Below are positions 62,842 to 64,000 of a stretch of DNA of 64,000 bases, in pieces (the stretch's first letter is position 1; the number at the start of each line of letters is the position of its first letter). Position numbers and translations under genes: made by a program. This DNA is from Deltaproteobacteria bacterium (GTDB taxonomy: Bacteria > Desulfobacterota > Desulfobulbia > Desulfobulbales > Desulfurivibrionaceae): the NCBI GenBank assembly GCA_021847425.1, contig JAJZRF010000005.1:13-64012 (forward strand), in the 5' to 3' direction. Below the pieces are notes generated by a model. It ran no database searches. It had not been told where the DNA came from and saw nothing but the letters and a program-made list of their open reading frames with translations.

Positions 62842-63480
62842 CTATGCCTCCCCGGCCAGACGGATCAAGGCGTTGACAATGGCCACCCCCACCGGTGTCC
62901 CGCCCTTCCGGCCCCTGCAGGTAACAAAGGGATATGCCTTCTGGCTGAGCAATTCCTTGGACTCAACGGCGTTGACAAAGCCAACCGGCACCCCGACCAG
63001 CAGGCCCGGACGAAGAGTTTCCGCCAGATCCTGCCAACAATCCATAATTTTTAGCAGGGCGGTGGGCGCGTTGCCCACCGAGACGATGCCGATATTTTCC
63101 TGCAACCCAATCTCTATGGCCACCTCGGAACGGGTAAGCCCCCGCTCTTTTGCACTCCGGGCCAGCTCCGGCTCCGCCACCTTGCAGATCACCTTGCCCC
63201 CCCAGGGTGCGAGCAGCCCCTTGCTCACCCCGGCCGCGCCCATGTTGACATCGGTCAGGATATTGCGTCCCGCCCGGATCGCAGCAATCCCTGCCTCAAT
63301 GGCCCGGGGATGAAAGATCAGGCTCTCGGCAAAGGAGAAATCGCCGGTGGCGTGGATCACCCGCTGCACCACCTTGAAGGTTCTGGGATCAAAGGAGGTG
63401 GGGCCAAGCTCCTCGGCGATGATCCGAAAGCTTTCCGCCTCGATCTCTTCCGGCCGTATCTTCCTGATGGTGCAATTCAT
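62842..63480 (-). CDS. cbiC: Precorrin-8X methylmutase
   Basis: PEEIEAESFRII, RVIHATGDF, TRS, VGNAPTAL, GVPVGFV.A.ESK, GRKGGT. Confidence 0.95.
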   Translation of the reverse strand: MNCTIRKIRPEEIEAESFRIIAEELGPTSFDPRTFKVVQRVIHATGDFSFAESLIFHPRAIEAGIAAIRAGRNILTDVNMGAAGVSKGLLAPWGGKVICKVAEPELARSAKERGLTRSEVAIEIGLQENIGIVSVGNAPTALLKIMDCWQDLAETLRPGLLVGVPVGFVNAVESKELLSQKAYPFVTCRGRKGGTPVGVAIVNALIRLAGEA

Positions 63481-64000
63481 TTTTTCACTCCCAGCGGGGC
63501 GGCAAACCGGCAGGCCCGGACAAAATTTGCCGCCATTTGCGGGTTAAAGCCGAAATGGAGATGCAGATACCCGCCCAGTACATTTTTATACCGATATCCT
63601 TCGCTGTCTTGGTCATTCACCGCGTAGATCCGTTCAATGTGCTCCGGCATCGCGTCGATCACCGAATAATGGAACTCATGGCCCCGGAGCACGGTGGAGG
63701 CCGGGCCGAAGAAGCAGTCCCTGGCAAGACGCACCTCCCGGTAGCCCAGACTGGCTCTCTTTTTCTGCATCCGGGCCGTCACCGGGAACACCCCGGCCAT
63801 GGGCAGCACCCCGAGATCATCCCCGGCGATGCCCTGGGTCAGATACATGAAACCGCCGCATTCGGCATAGATCGGCCGGCCGGATTGGGCCCAGTCGTAA
63901 ACCGCCTGCCGCATGCCTTGGTTGCCGGAAAGTTCCTGCGCATAAAGCTCCGGGTAGCCGCCGCCCAGATAGAGGCCGTCGAGTCCCTTGGGCAGGGTCC
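63477..64000 (-). CDS. cbiA: Cobyrinate a,c-diamide synthase; C-terminal part, runs off the window end
   Basis: Minus strand DGLYLGGGYPEL, YAECGGFMYL, LGYR, RGHEFHYS, YLHLHF (glutaminase domain). Confidence 0.93.
   Translation of the reverse strand, partial: TLPKGLDGLYLGGGYPELYAQELSGNQGMRQAVYDWAQSGRPIYAECGGFMYLTQGIAGDDLGVLPMAGVFPVTARMQKKRASLGYREVRLARDCFFGPASTVLRGHEFHYSVIDAMPEHIERIYAVNDQDSEGYRYKNVLGGYLHLHFGFNPQMAANFVRACRFAAPLGVKK

Overview
A 64 kb GC-rich bacterial chromosomal segment. Gene content and style suggest an anaerobic Desulfobacterota, probably Desulfobulbales (inference). Most of it is housekeeping: cobA/hemC, gmhA, nadC, lpxB, trmL, lysC, cimA, miaB, purB, recJ, miaA, serC, rlmN, cls and the distal part of an anaerobic cobalamin (cbi) operon. 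A 28-bp dif-like site at 39573-39600 suggests the window spans the replication terminus. No rRNA, tRNA or CRISPR array was seen. Five things stand out. (1) An unannotated 31-aa Cys-Cys peptide gene and a radical SAM/SPASM maturase lie behind a TonB-dependent receptor, divergent from an orphan periplasmic binding protein, a histidine kinase and two response regulators: a candidate RiPP-based signalling circuit (17596-25078). (2) A secreted His-rich beta-propeller protein with one CxxCH is flanked by NosL, a TlpA-like thioredoxin, two FtsX/MacB-type ABC systems and a Cys-motif membrane protein, with no nosZ: a candidate uncharacterised metalloenzyme plus maturation system (49144-57031). (3) A ~110-bp palindromic repeat family has invaded coding sequence. 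It is translated in frame inside CbiD, and it splits the CbiF N-terminus with an apparent ATGA stop/restart rescue. (4) A RAYT transposase has three identical GTAG-REPs, two of which enclose an AT-rich passenger gene. (5) There is a C39-like peptidase/RimK/GCS2 operon. Several further small repeat or MITE families are present. All family assignments come from motif recognition by eye; no database searches were run.
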